From positions 1 through 59,658 of the forward strand of contig JBIKKR010000003.1 in assembly GCA_044360225.1 (NCBI GenBank): 59,658 nucleotides of DNA. Reading direction: 5' to 3'. Below, piece by piece: positions 1 to 8,406 of this stretch. Positions within the stretch are counted from its first letter, which is position 1, and every line of letters starts with the position of its first letter. The notes below the pieces were generated by a model. The model worked only from the letters and a program-made list of their open reading frames with translations. It did not search any database and was not told the DNA's origin. Origin of the DNA: Bdellovibrionota bacterium. Lineage in GTDB: Bacteria > Bdellovibrionota_C > UBA2361 > OMII01. The position numbers and the translations under genes were made by a program.

Positions 1-384
1 GATCTCGGTCAATTTATCGTTAATCTCTCTGATATGGGATCGTTTCTCAAGGTCAGAATTATGATCGAGTACGATGCGGGTTTACTCGATAAGCAGCTGG
101 GGATCGTCCATGGTGCTGAAGGTGGAGAGGCTCATGGAGGAGGTGCTAGTGGCGGCGCTAAAGAAGCTGGAGGTTCTGGTATTCATCCGCACTTGGCAAA
201 GAAGGAACACCACTTTCGTGATGTTATTATTCGCATCCTTTCCTCAAAGAAGGCGCCCGAACTCCTGACGGTCGAAGGAAAGACGCGCCTTAAGGAGGAG
301 CTACTCGATGGTCTCAATGAGGCTGTGGGACTTGAAGAGCCAGCAATAGTAGGAATCCTGTTTACTGACTTTATGATTCAGTAG
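1..384 (+). CDS. fliL: Flagellar basal body-associated protein FliL (5'-truncated by window)
   Basis: Frame open from base 1 (DLGQFIVNLSD...FLKVRIMIE). C-terminal pattern RDVIIRILSSK..ELLTVEGKTRLKEELL..LN...ILFTDFMIQ is typical of FliL. Confidence 0.85.
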   Translation, partial: DLGQFIVNLSDMGSFLKVRIMIEYDAGLLDKQLGIVHGAEGGEAHGGGASGGAKEAGGSGIHPHLAKKEHHFRDVIIRILSSKKAPELLTVEGKTRLKEELLDGLNEAVGLEEPAIVGILFTDFMIQ

Positions 385-390
385 GAGAGC

Positions 391-1014
391 ATGCTCCGTA
401 CGTCGGTGTCTGCAGCTCTGCTGTTGGGCCTTGTGTGTAGCACGCCGGCATGGGCTGACTCGTGTGCGGTTGTTCCTACCTTCAGGTATTACGCGGTCAC
501 AGGAACTTCCGAGGAGGAGCTGAAAAGATCGCTGCTGGAGAAGGGACCTCGCGATGACACAGGTACAGCGCGCTTCGCGTACACAGATTGGAAAGTTACG
601 TGGAAGTGGAAGAGGTTGGATGATGGCTCGGTCGATCCTGAGTCTGTAGAGCTGGCCTGTGTAGCAGATATCCTTCTACCGGAGCTCGACGCAAGCGCCA
701 CGTTTTCGCCCGAGCTAAGGCGAGCATGGGATGGGTTTATTGAGCGCACTCGTAGGCATGAACTTAACCACGTGAGTCACGTGGAGCAGCGGGCCCCAGA
801 GATTTACAAGCGTCTACGGGCGGCTGCTGAACAGTCTGGAAGTGTATCAGGAAAACGTGCAGCAGCGATTGTGAGCGAAGTAGTCGCAGACATAAAAGCG
901 ATGGATCGTCACTATGATGCCGAAACCGATCATGGGCGGACTGAGGGAGCTTGGCAGATTCAGCCGACGTTTGCAGGGGCGGCGTCCGTAAAATCAGGGA
1001 TACTCCCCTATTAG
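391..1014 (+). CDS. Secreted predicted Zn-dependent protease (DUF922-like)
   Basis: Signal peptide ending AWA-D; YYAVTG..EL motif, HELNH zinc motif and YD.ETDHG.TEG C-terminal motif; AGGAG RBS. Confidence 0.7.
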   Translation: MLRTSVSAALLLGLVCSTPAWADSCAVVPTFRYYAVTGTSEEELKRSLLEKGPRDDTGTARFAYTDWKVTWKWKRLDDGSVDPESVELACVADILLPELDASATFSPELRRAWDGFIERTRRHELNHVSHVEQRAPEIYKRLRAAAEQSGSVSGKRAAAIVSEVVADIKAMDRHYDAETDHGRTEGAWQIQPTFAGAASVKSGILPY

Positions 1015-1094
1015 GCGAGGGAGAGTATGGGCAGCCCTATCGCGATTTTTGCTGCATAGTTGATCGAAGAGCTGATTTGGGGCATTAAAGGGGG

Positions 1095-1466
1095 ATGAAA
1101 GACTACATCATCGCCTCAAAGATCGAAGTTTTTTGCAAGATCGGTTGTACGGAAGCCGAGAGGGCGTTTCCCCAGCGTCTTTTGGTATCACTACGATTTA
1201 CAACGAGCACTCGCGCTGCAGCGGTGAGCGGTGATTTGTCACAGACGGTTGATTATGCAGTGGCGTGCGCCCGAGTCAGAGAGATAACGTCGACGAAGGC
1301 CTGGGTACTGCTTGAAGAGTTGGCAGAGGCGTACGCGGAGCATTTGCTCAAAGAGTTTCAGCAGGCGTCAGCAGTTAACATAGTAATTGAAAAGTTTGTC
1401 CTCCCCGGGGTTGACTGGGTGGGGATTGAGATTGAGAGGGGGAGGTGCGGGAGCGATTGTCGCTAG
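1095..1466 (+). CDS. folB: Dihydroneopterin aldolase
   Basis: IG..EAER..PQRL, DL..TVDY, LLE.LAE and K...VGIEIER motifs. Confidence 0.9.
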   Translation: MKDYIIASKIEVFCKIGCTEAERAFPQRLLVSLRFTTSTRAAAVSGDLSQTVDYAVACARVREITSTKAWVLLEELAEAYAEHLLKEFQQASAVNIVIEKFVLPGVDWVGIEIERGRCGSDCR

Positions 1467-2023
1467 TTTTGTGGAAGTCGCAGTTGATCTAAAGTTGTGG
1501 CTGCCGTAGCTGAGCCCGCTGCATCGGTAGTGCTTGGTCGTTTCACAAGATATGCTCGGTATGATTTGAGCGCGGTGAGTGTTAAGGCAAGTGCCGCAAA
1601 GTTGCTGTCGCTATCTTTGCCAAAAATATTGAGGAGTCCGGCGCATAGCTCAGGTAGGTTATTCTGGCATAGTTTTGAGAGAGCTTGCTGATCATCACTA
1701 CAGGCGCCTGATTTAGCCATATCTTCGAGGGTGCGCCAAAGATCTTCTTTGGGTATTGCCGTAAGAATTCTCCGTAAATCTTCCTCTGTCTGCCGGAGCT
1801 TTTGCATAACGAGGGAAGCAGGCTGTTCTGTTGTCTCAATACCATTAACCCATGCAACACAATGCTGAATAATTTCAATTCTGAAAGAGCCAGCTTCAGC
1901 ACCGGGCGATGTATCTCGCGAATCGTCATTCCTTAGGACCAAAGCTAGGCCCCGGGCCGTTAACTTCGCCTTCTCGGCAAAAACTGCTGCAAGTTCTGAA
2001 GGAATACTAAGCCCACTGTTCAT
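1463..2023 (-). CDS. Hypothetical helical protein
   Basis: 186-aa ORF with GAGGT RBS, convergent with folB; no recognised motif. Confidence 0.6.
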   Translation of the reverse strand: MNSGLSIPSELAAVFAEKAKLTARGLALVLRNDDSRDTSPGAEAGSFRIEIIQHCVAWVNGIETTEQPASLVMQKLRQTEEDLRRILTAIPKEDLWRTLEDMAKSGACSDDQQALSKLCQNNLPELCAGLLNIFGKDSDSNFAALALTLTALKSYRAYLVKRPSTTDAAGSATAATTLDQLRLPQN

Positions 2024-2259
2024 ACCTCATATCCCCATAAACAAAGTACTGGTCTCTCGAGTCTACCCAAAACCAAACCTCTAATCCACCATTACTCGCA
2101 TAAGATAACTTTCATGGCAAAATTGTCTGATTCTCCACCGAGCACCCATGCAACGACCTTGCGACAAGAGGGGCTCGAAGAGGCGTGGAAGTAAAGAAAA
2201 ATAGTCGTGATCTTAGGTAGATGTCTTATTTCCCAATTATCGCCCGCCCCACGACGCAT

Positions 2260-2282
2260 GGAGGGCAGACCTCCAGTCCGCC
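2260..2282 (+). repeat. REP-like short palindrome
   Basis: ggag-ggcagac-ctcca-gtccgcc; same GCGGAC..GTCCGC hairpin core as the copies at 7231 and 59395; lies just past the thrC stop. Confidence 0.45.
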
Positions 2283-2332
2283 GTGGTGGGAGGGCGAACA
2301 TGCTTGAGGGTTTTAACGCGGTTGGCCAGAAC

Positions 2333-3685
2333 TTACCTACCTGCTCCAGGGCTCTCCAATACTCCCTGTAGCGCTGCATAAGAGTTATCGAGCGCAATCA
2401 CCCTCTCAGCTTTTGTTTCCAGCTCTCGTAGCTGTTGCGGTACGTCAATACTCCTGGACTCAGCGTTAACGCTAGACCAGCCTAAAGCCTGGTGCACGAC
2501 CTGCGCAAACTTGGCTGGATGCGCAGTTGCCACGATTACTCGCTGTGGCGCGATGTTTGAATGCTTCTTTACATAATCTACGAGGGCGCACGCCCCAACT
2601 GCTGTATGTGGATCGAGGATGTAGCCGTATTCTGCGTGGAACTTGCGCAGCATTTTGGCGGTTTCCTGATCGCTTGCTGAGTAGCCTGATAGTAGTGTGT
2701 GGAAATACCCCCGATCTTTTTGATCTCCAAATAGATCGCTGATGCGCTGAAAGTTGCTCGGATTGCCAACATCCATGGCGTTAGAGATCGTCTCAGTCGA
2801 TCGCTGTGGAAGGAACTCTCCCGTGACGAGAAATTCCGGAAATGTTTTGTTGGCGTTACATGCTGCGACAAAGTGAGCGGCGCGAAATCCGACCAGGTGT
2901 GCTAGTAATCCGCCCGTGAGATTGCCCAAGTTGCCACTCGGTATTGAGAAGAGAGGCGGAGAATCCTTAGGAAAACGCAGCGTTGTATACGCATAGTAGA
3001 ACATCTGCGGTAAGAGCCGAGCGATATTGATCGAATTGGCCGATGTAAGTGGGTAGCGCCTAGTGAGCTCGCTATCGCAGAGCGCTTGCTTGGCGAGGGC
3101 CTGGCAATCGTCAAAGGTTCCATCGACTTCGTAGGCAGTAACGTTGTGTCCGAGAGTGGTCATCTGCCTACGCTGGATCTCACTTACTTTGTCTTTTGGG
3201 TAGAGGATCGCCACACGGATAGGTGGATTCGGGTCTTGATCCAGGAAGGCGTTTGCTACGGCGCTACCAGTATCGCCTGATGTTGCAACCAGTACGGTGA
3301 GCTGCTTCGATTGAGTGCCCCAGAAGTAACGAAAGAGTCCAGCCATAAACCGCGCGCCGAAATCCTTAAAGGCACAGGTCGGCCCGTGGAATAGCTCAAG
3401 CAATGAGGTGCTCGCGTTAAGCTCTCGCAGCACGATGGGAAAGTTAAAGGCGTTCGTGCAGATCGCCTCGATGGTGGCACTAGGTACCTCAGACCCGATA
3501 AAGGCTCGCGCGAGGTGCGTGGCTAGTTCGACAAAAGATCGCTCGCGAAGCGGATCTATATCTTCGGGTGCTAGGTGTGGAATCTGCTCAGGAAGATAGA
3601 GTCCGCCATCGGGAGCTATTCCGGCTAGGACGGCTTCGCGCCATGTTGCGCGGATAGCTCGGTTACGAGTGGAGTAGAGTGCCAT
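2333..3685 (-). CDS. thrC: Threonine synthase
   Basis: LELFHGPT.AFKDFG (PLP lysine), ATSGDTG, SANSINIARL, PSGNLGN, DPHTA and TAHPAKF. Confidence 0.97.
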   Translation of the reverse strand: MALYSTRNRAIRATWREAVLAGIAPDGGLYLPEQIPHLAPEDIDPLRERSFVELATHLARAFIGSEVPSATIEAICTNAFNFPIVLRELNASTSLLELFHGPTCAFKDFGARFMAGLFRYFWGTQSKQLTVLVATSGDTGSAVANAFLDQDPNPPIRVAILYPKDKVSEIQRRQMTTLGHNVTAYEVDGTFDDCQALAKQALCDSELTRRYPLTSANSINIARLLPQMFYYAYTTLRFPKDSPPLFSIPSGNLGNLTGGLLAHLVGFRAAHFVAACNANKTFPEFLVTGEFLPQRSTETISNAMDVGNPSNFQRISDLFGDQKDRGYFHTLLSGYSASDQETAKMLRKFHAEYGYILDPHTAVGACALVDYVKKHSNIAPQRVIVATAHPAKFAQVVHQALGWSSVNAESRSIDVPQQLRELETKAERVIALDNSYAALQGVLESPGAGR

Positions 3686-3688
3686 AGG

Positions 3689-4660
3689 TTACTCCTGCGT
3701 GACGACAGCTGCGCCGGTGGTGTTAATGCCAGAGATGTAGCGCATTGAATCTACACCCGCGGCGCTCTGGAATGCGGTAACCATAGCCCCTGATACGCGC
3801 TCGGCGGTTGCACGGTCACGACACAACGCAAAGATCGCTGGCCCAGAACCGGAGATCGATGCTCCAAGAGCGCCAGCCTGTAGTGCTGCTGCCTTTACTT
3901 CGGTGTATCCCGGGATTAATTGTCCGCGTTCAGGCTCAATGATCGTATCGGCGAGTGCTCGGCCCATCAATTCAGGGTCGTTGCGGTAGATACCGGCAAC
4001 TAGAGCCGCAACGTTGCCCCACTGCGTAATCGCTGATTCAAGCGGAACAGAGCGTTTGAGGATTTTACGCGCATCAGATGTGCGAAGCTCTAAGCGTGGG
4101 GAGACAACTGCTACTGCCACCCTTGTTGGACAGGGAAGCTGAATAACATCAAGTGGTGAGTAGCTGCGGATCAGTACAAAACCGCCGAGTAAACATGGGG
4201 CTACGTTGTCGGCATGAGCGGCTCCGCAGGCGACTCGTTCGCCCTCGATGGCGAAGGGAAGGAGCTCAGCGCGGTTCAGTGGAGAACCTAAGAGTTCGTT
4301 TGCTGCGAGAACGCCGCCAACGGTGCTCGCAGAGCTCGATCCAAGCCCGCTTCCGATAGCGAGCCCCTTGTCGATTGAGAGGGCAATTCCCACCGATGAG
4401 TACGTGGCGCTATCGAGTGAGGTCAGGTGTTTTAAGAGTGCACTAACGGAGACAGCGGCGGTATTACGTGCGCTATCGGCAGGCAGTACACCACCATCGC
4501 CCGTGATCGCGGTGATGGTTACTCCGGGTGTGTGCGAGCGCGTAGCAGTGACCGTATCGCCCGGGGCATCGAGCGCAAAACCAAGTACGTCAAAGGCCGA
4601 ACCGACGTTAGCAACGGTTGCGGGAGCAAAAACTGTTACTGATTGGCGCTGCTGGCTCAC
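3689..4660 (-). CDS. thrB: Homoserine kinase
   Basis: APATVANVG..FDVLG, GSGLGSSSAS GHMP motif, HADNVAP and ISGSGP. GTG start at 4660 chosen for its GAGGTG RBS. Confidence 0.95.
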   Translation of the reverse strand: MSQQRQSVTVFAPATVANVGSAFDVLGFALDAPGDTVTATRSHTPGVTITAITGDGGVLPADSARNTAAVSVSALLKHLTSLDSATYSSVGIALSIDKGLAIGSGLGSSSASTVGGVLAANELLGSPLNRAELLPFAIEGERVACGAAHADNVAPCLLGGFVLIRSYSPLDVIQLPCPTRVAVAVVSPRLELRTSDARKILKRSVPLESAITQWGNVAALVAGIYRNDPELMGRALADTIIEPERGQLIPGYTEVKAAALQAGALGASISGSGPAIFALCRDRATAERVSGAMVTAFQSAAGVDSMRYISGINTTGAAVVTQE

Positions 4661-4664
4661 GGCT

Positions 4665-7130
4665 TCACCTCGCCGCTCGAATAATATCAGCAAATACTCC
4701 CGCAGCAGTTACCTCGGCACCAGCTCCGGGGCCCTTAACAACCAACGGGTTTGTTTTGTAGCGGGTTGTCGTAAACGCCACTATATTGTCGGCACCTGAT
4801 AGGGAACAGAAGGGGTGATCGAGGGGAACTGGCTGCAAACCGATATGTGCGGTGCTCTCCTCACAGTTGATCGTCGCACCGAAGAAGAGTCGCTTCTGAC
4901 GTGCTTGAGCGGTTTGAAGGAGCGTCTGAAAGTGTGCATCGAGTGCTGGTAAGCGTTCCATGAATTGCTCAACCGACCAATCGAGAGCCTCGGGAGGGAG
5001 AATCGGGGAGATCTCGATATTCTCAAGTTCAAGGTGGATGCCAGCATCGCGAGCTAGGATCAAGACCTTCCTGGCAACATCCATTCCAGAGAGATCGTCT
5101 CGTGGATCGGGCTCTGAATAGCCGCGGTCTTTGGCGTCGCGCACGGCTTGGCTAAACGGCAGGCCAGCACTCATCGAGTTAAAGATAAAGCTGAGGGTTC
5201 CGGAAAGCACAGCCTCAATCGAGAGGACTGAATCTCCACTACGAACGAGATCGCTTAGGGTTCCCAGTATTGGCAGTGCAGCACCGACACACGTTTCGTG
5301 GAGTAGGGGAGATCGTCGTGCGTTAGCAGACGAGCGCAGCATCGAATAGAACTCCATCGAGCCTGAGAATCCACGCTTGTTTGGAGTCACTACGGCTATG
5401 CTCGATTCAAGGAGCCGCGGGTAAAAGGGCGGTATATCGTTACTGGCCGTGCAGTCGACGAAGATGGTGTTGGGTAGATTTGCTCCGATGCAATCCGACA
5501 CGAACTCAGAGATCGAGGCTGCGGTTGTCTGCCCCTGGAAGGGATTCTGTAGATCGAGCGGCCTCTGTGCGTGCGCGAGTAGTCGCATGACCCGCGAATT
5601 TGAGACTCCGCGAAGTTGCAGATCGAGGCCGCATGTTTCACAAAGCTTCGCACTTTGATCCGCGAGCTGTTTGAGCAGTGTAGAACCGATAAGCCCGGTA
5701 CCCACAACCCAGAGGTTAATCGTCTTGGTACGGCTTGTAAAGAACTCGTCGTGGATAGCGTTCAGAGCTTTAAGCTCATCAGCGCCTGAAACAACTGCCG
5801 ATATACTCCGTTCTGATGAGCCTTGTGCGATCGCAACTACGTTTACGCCGTTGGCCCCAAGCGCTGAGAATACGCGCCCACTGACTCCGGGCGAATGACG
5901 CATCTTCTCACCAACTACAGACACGATTGAGAGACCGTCCTCAACGATCAGTGGATCGATCGCGCCAGCGGCGAGCTCTAGGGCAAATTCTTGAGCAACC
6001 GCCGCTGCAGCGGACTGTATATTTGAGGGGTCTATAGCACAACAAATTGTGTGTTCTGATGAAGCTTGAGTAATCAGGATGACGTTTGTATGACTCGCAG
6101 CGAGCGCCTTAAATAATCGAGCAGCTGTTCCCGACACACCAACCATTCCTGAGCCTTGGAGGCGCACGAGAGCGAGTGAGCTAATCGAAGATATTCCGGT
6201 AATCGGGTACGGTTGCTCAATAGCAATATCAACGATGCGAGTGCCTGGTGCTGTGGGTCGCATCGTGTTCTTAATTGCCAGCGGAATGTGGGCATCCATC
6301 GCTGGTTTCATCGTCGGCGGGTAGATCACTTTGGCACCGAAGTGGCTGAGCTCCATGGCCTCTTCAAATGTCACCTCTGGGATGGTAAAGGCTTTGCTGA
6401 CTTTACGAGGATCAGAAGTAAGCATTCCGTCGACATCGGTCCATATCTCAATCTCATCGACTGCAAGTGCTGCACCGAAGATTGAGGCAGAGAGATCGGA
6501 ACCCCCGCGACCGAGTGTGGTAGTTGCCCCGTCAGGTGCTTGGCCGATAAAGCCTGTGATGACATGAAAGCTTGGGTTGGTTGTAAAGTGTGCTCGAATC
6601 GCCGCGTAGGTTTCATCTCGTCGCATGAGAGCGTTTCCGAAGGTGTCGTTGGTCAACACAACTGAGCGGCTGTCAAGCATGCGGGCTTCGTGCCCAGCGG
6701 CTACAAAGGCTTGAGAGACGATATATGCGGAGAGACGCTCTCCGAAGCTCATCACCTGATCGAGGGTGCGTGTGCTACATTCACCCAAGACTTCTATGCC
6801 TGAGAGGATATCCTCGAGCTCATTCACGAGCACTTTTACGGACGCGAGGCTTGAGCTGCGAGTGGCCGCAGGTACAAGATCCTGCAGTGCCTCAAGGTGG
6901 CGAGTAGAGAGTTGCGAGAGTGCGTCTTTATAGCTTCTGTTTTTTGCTGCAGCGAGTTTTGCCGTCTGTATCAGACTATCTGTGACCCCTTGGAACGCAG
7001 ATACAACGATTGCAGGGACGGAACCGTGAGGATAGCGGCTTGTATCAGTGACGAGTTGGACGATGGAGCGAATGCGCTCAGGCGTACCAACGGACGAGCC
7101 TCCAAATTTCAGAATCTTGCGAAGTGACAT
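4665..7130 (-). CDS. thrA: Bifunctional aspartokinase / homoserine dehydrogenase I
   Basis: KFGGSSV, TTLGRGGSD, EIWTDVDG, two ACT domains, GTGLIG Rossmann motif, GYSEPDPRDDLSG and GPGAGAEVTAAG; 821 aa. Confidence 0.97.
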   Translation of the reverse strand: MSLRKILKFGGSSVGTPERIRSIVQLVTDTSRYPHGSVPAIVVSAFQGVTDSLIQTAKLAAAKNRSYKDALSQLSTRHLEALQDLVPAATRSSSLASVKVLVNELEDILSGIEVLGECSTRTLDQVMSFGERLSAYIVSQAFVAAGHEARMLDSRSVVLTNDTFGNALMRRDETYAAIRAHFTTNPSFHVITGFIGQAPDGATTTLGRGGSDLSASIFGAALAVDEIEIWTDVDGMLTSDPRKVSKAFTIPEVTFEEAMELSHFGAKVIYPPTMKPAMDAHIPLAIKNTMRPTAPGTRIVDIAIEQPYPITGISSISSLALVRLQGSGMVGVSGTAARLFKALAASHTNVILITQASSEHTICCAIDPSNIQSAAAAVAQEFALELAAGAIDPLIVEDGLSIVSVVGEKMRHSPGVSGRVFSALGANGVNVVAIAQGSSERSISAVVSGADELKALNAIHDEFFTSRTKTINLWVVGTGLIGSTLLKQLADQSAKLCETCGLDLQLRGVSNSRVMRLLAHAQRPLDLQNPFQGQTTAASISEFVSDCIGANLPNTIFVDCTASNDIPPFYPRLLESSIAVVTPNKRGFSGSMEFYSMLRSSANARRSPLLHETCVGAALPILGTLSDLVRSGDSVLSIEAVLSGTLSFIFNSMSAGLPFSQAVRDAKDRGYSEPDPRDDLSGMDVARKVLILARDAGIHLELENIEISPILPPEALDWSVEQFMERLPALDAHFQTLLQTAQARQKRLFFGATINCEESTAHIGLQPVPLDHPFCSLSGADNIVAFTTTRYKTNPLVVKGPGAGAEVTAAGVFADIIRAAR

Positions 7131-7230
7131 GGACAGGATACTATCAGAATCATAACGGACCGGACATCCTGTTCTGATGATGTGGTGCGGTCTTCCCGAG
7201 AGGACGTTGGCGAACCCGAGAGAGTAAGGG

Positions 7231-7255
7231 GCAGACTAGAAAGTCCGCGCTGCGG
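7231..7255 (-). repeat. REP-like short palindrome
   Basis: Reverse complement ccgcagcgcggactttctagtctgc matches 59400-59418 at 18 of 19 nt. Confidence 0.6.
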
Positions 7256-7268
7256 ATGAGAGGAGTTC

Positions 7269-7343
7269 TCGGGGTGAAAGGATTTGAACCTTCGACCTCA
7301 CGGTCCCGAACCGTGCGCTCTAGCCGGGCTGAGCTACACCCCG
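7269..7343 (-). tRNA. tRNA-Pro (anticodon CGG)
   Basis: Minus strand CGGGGTGTAGCTCAGCCCGGCTAGAGCGCACGGTT-CGG-GACCGTGAGGTCGAAGGTTCAAATCCTTTCACCCCGA forms a cloverleaf with a GTTCAAATC T-loop; CCA not encoded. Confidence 0.96.
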
Positions 7344-7421
7344 ATATGTCAGATAGATCTTTAGACTACGAAGTTGATGGGTAAGTTGCAAGAGTTTCAG
7401 GAGGCCGTTAGGGCGGCTAAC

Positions 7422-8138
7422 CTACTCGTGTGTTTGCATATTCGTAAATACCGTCTGGACGTCGTCGTCCTCTTCCAGCCGGTCGATCATCTTCTGGATT
7501 TCAGCCTCTTGTTCCTCGGTGACTGGAACAAAGTTATTTGCCATACGTTGTGGAGCAGCACTCTTTACCTCAACGCTTCTGGCTTCAAGAGCTTTCTGGA
7601 GATCGCCAAACTGTTTAAAGCTTGAATAGAGAAGCAATCCATCGTCTGCCGCAAAGATCTCCTCTAGGCCGTGGTCAATCATCTCTAATTCAAAATCATC
7701 GAGGTCTCCCTCTGGAGCTGCGATCTTAAACACTCCCATGCGATTGAAGGTGCGTTCAAGAGAGCCAGTAACAGCCATCTTGCCGCCGTGCTTGGTGACG
7801 ATATTGCGAACATTAGCGATCGTGCGAGTCGGATTGTCGGTGGCGGTTTCGATTAACATAGCAACACCGTACGGGGCGTAGGCCTCGTAGTTGATCTCGT
7901 TGAGCTCTGCTTCATCACGCGAGGAGGCGCGCTTGATAGCTGCCTCGATACGGTCTTTGGGCATATTGAGCGAGCGTGCTGTCTGAATCGCCATCCGCAG
8001 CCGCGGATTGTTGTCAGGATCGGGGCCTGAGAGCTTTACGGAGATCGCTATTTCCTTGCCAAGTTTAGTGAATGCCTTGGCAGTCTTCGCCCAGCGGGCG
8101 AACATCCTATCTTTGCGCTTTTCAAATATGCGGCCCAT
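7422..8138 (-). CDS. yebC: YebC/PmpR family protein
   Basis: FTKLGKEI, GPDPDNNPRLR, NMPKD.IE.AIKR, TDNPTRT and LEEDDDVQ.VF.N. Confidence 0.95.
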   Translation of the reverse strand: MGRIFEKRKDRMFARWAKTAKAFTKLGKEIAISVKLSGPDPDNNPRLRMAIQTARSLNMPKDRIEAAIKRASSRDEAELNEINYEAYAPYGVAMLIETATDNPTRTIANVRNIVTKHGGKMAVTGSLERTFNRMGVFKIAAPEGDLDDFELEMIDHGLEEIFAADDGLLLYSSFKQFGDLQKALEARSVEVKSAAPQRMANNFVPVTEEQEAEIQKMIDRLEEDDDVQTVFTNMQTHE

Positions 8139-8168
8139 ACGAGGTTCCTTCTGTTAATGAATGGAGGC

Positions 8169-8196
8169 ATTATAGAACTGGCAGTGGTTATTGCAA
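8169..8196 (-). promoter_or_regulatory. Sigma70-type promoter of yebC
   Basis: Minus strand TTGCAA-N16-TATAAT; the -10 ends 30 nt before the ATG. Confidence 0.6.
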
Positions 8197-8211
8197 GAGA
8201 TTGCACAGCTT

Positions 8212-8363
8212 TAGGACGTTGCAATTCTCGTCCATTTTTAAGGGCCACACATGCGCGGGAATTGGTTTTTTTATTGAGTTTTGCAGCGCTAGCCCGCGCA
8301 TGAGTGGCCTGATCGAAAGTTCCAGCAACTTTGAGTAGGTAGCGGGAGAATTGCGATGCCCTG
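8212..8363 (-). mobile_element. 152-bp MITE-like element (solo copy) with 8-bp target-site duplication
   Basis: Imperfect 18-bp TIRs (taggacgttgcaattctc / gagaattgcgatgccctg); flanking direct repeat CACAGCTT at 8204-8211 and 8364-8371; same length as and homologous to 46601-46752 in opposite orientation. Confidence 0.88.
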
Positions 8364-8406
8364 CACAGCTTTGACTGATTGGCCCCGGCAGAGGTACAAA
8401 ACCCGT

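Noticed and set aside
7131-7268. Thr leader-peptide attenuator or T-box upstream of thrA
   Set aside because: No Thr/Ile-rich mini-ORF, T-box motif or U-tailed terminator is visible.
7269-7343. tRNA-Pro as an integration site for a prophage or island
   Set aside because: No integrase and no duplicated tRNA 3' end was seen in the window.
8179-8195. Sigma54-like motifs at 8179 (TGGCAG..TTGCA), about 20841 and about 51437 (+ strand TGGCACG..TGCA)
   Set aside because: GG-to-GC spacing is off by one nucleotide in each case, and sigma54 requires strict spacing.
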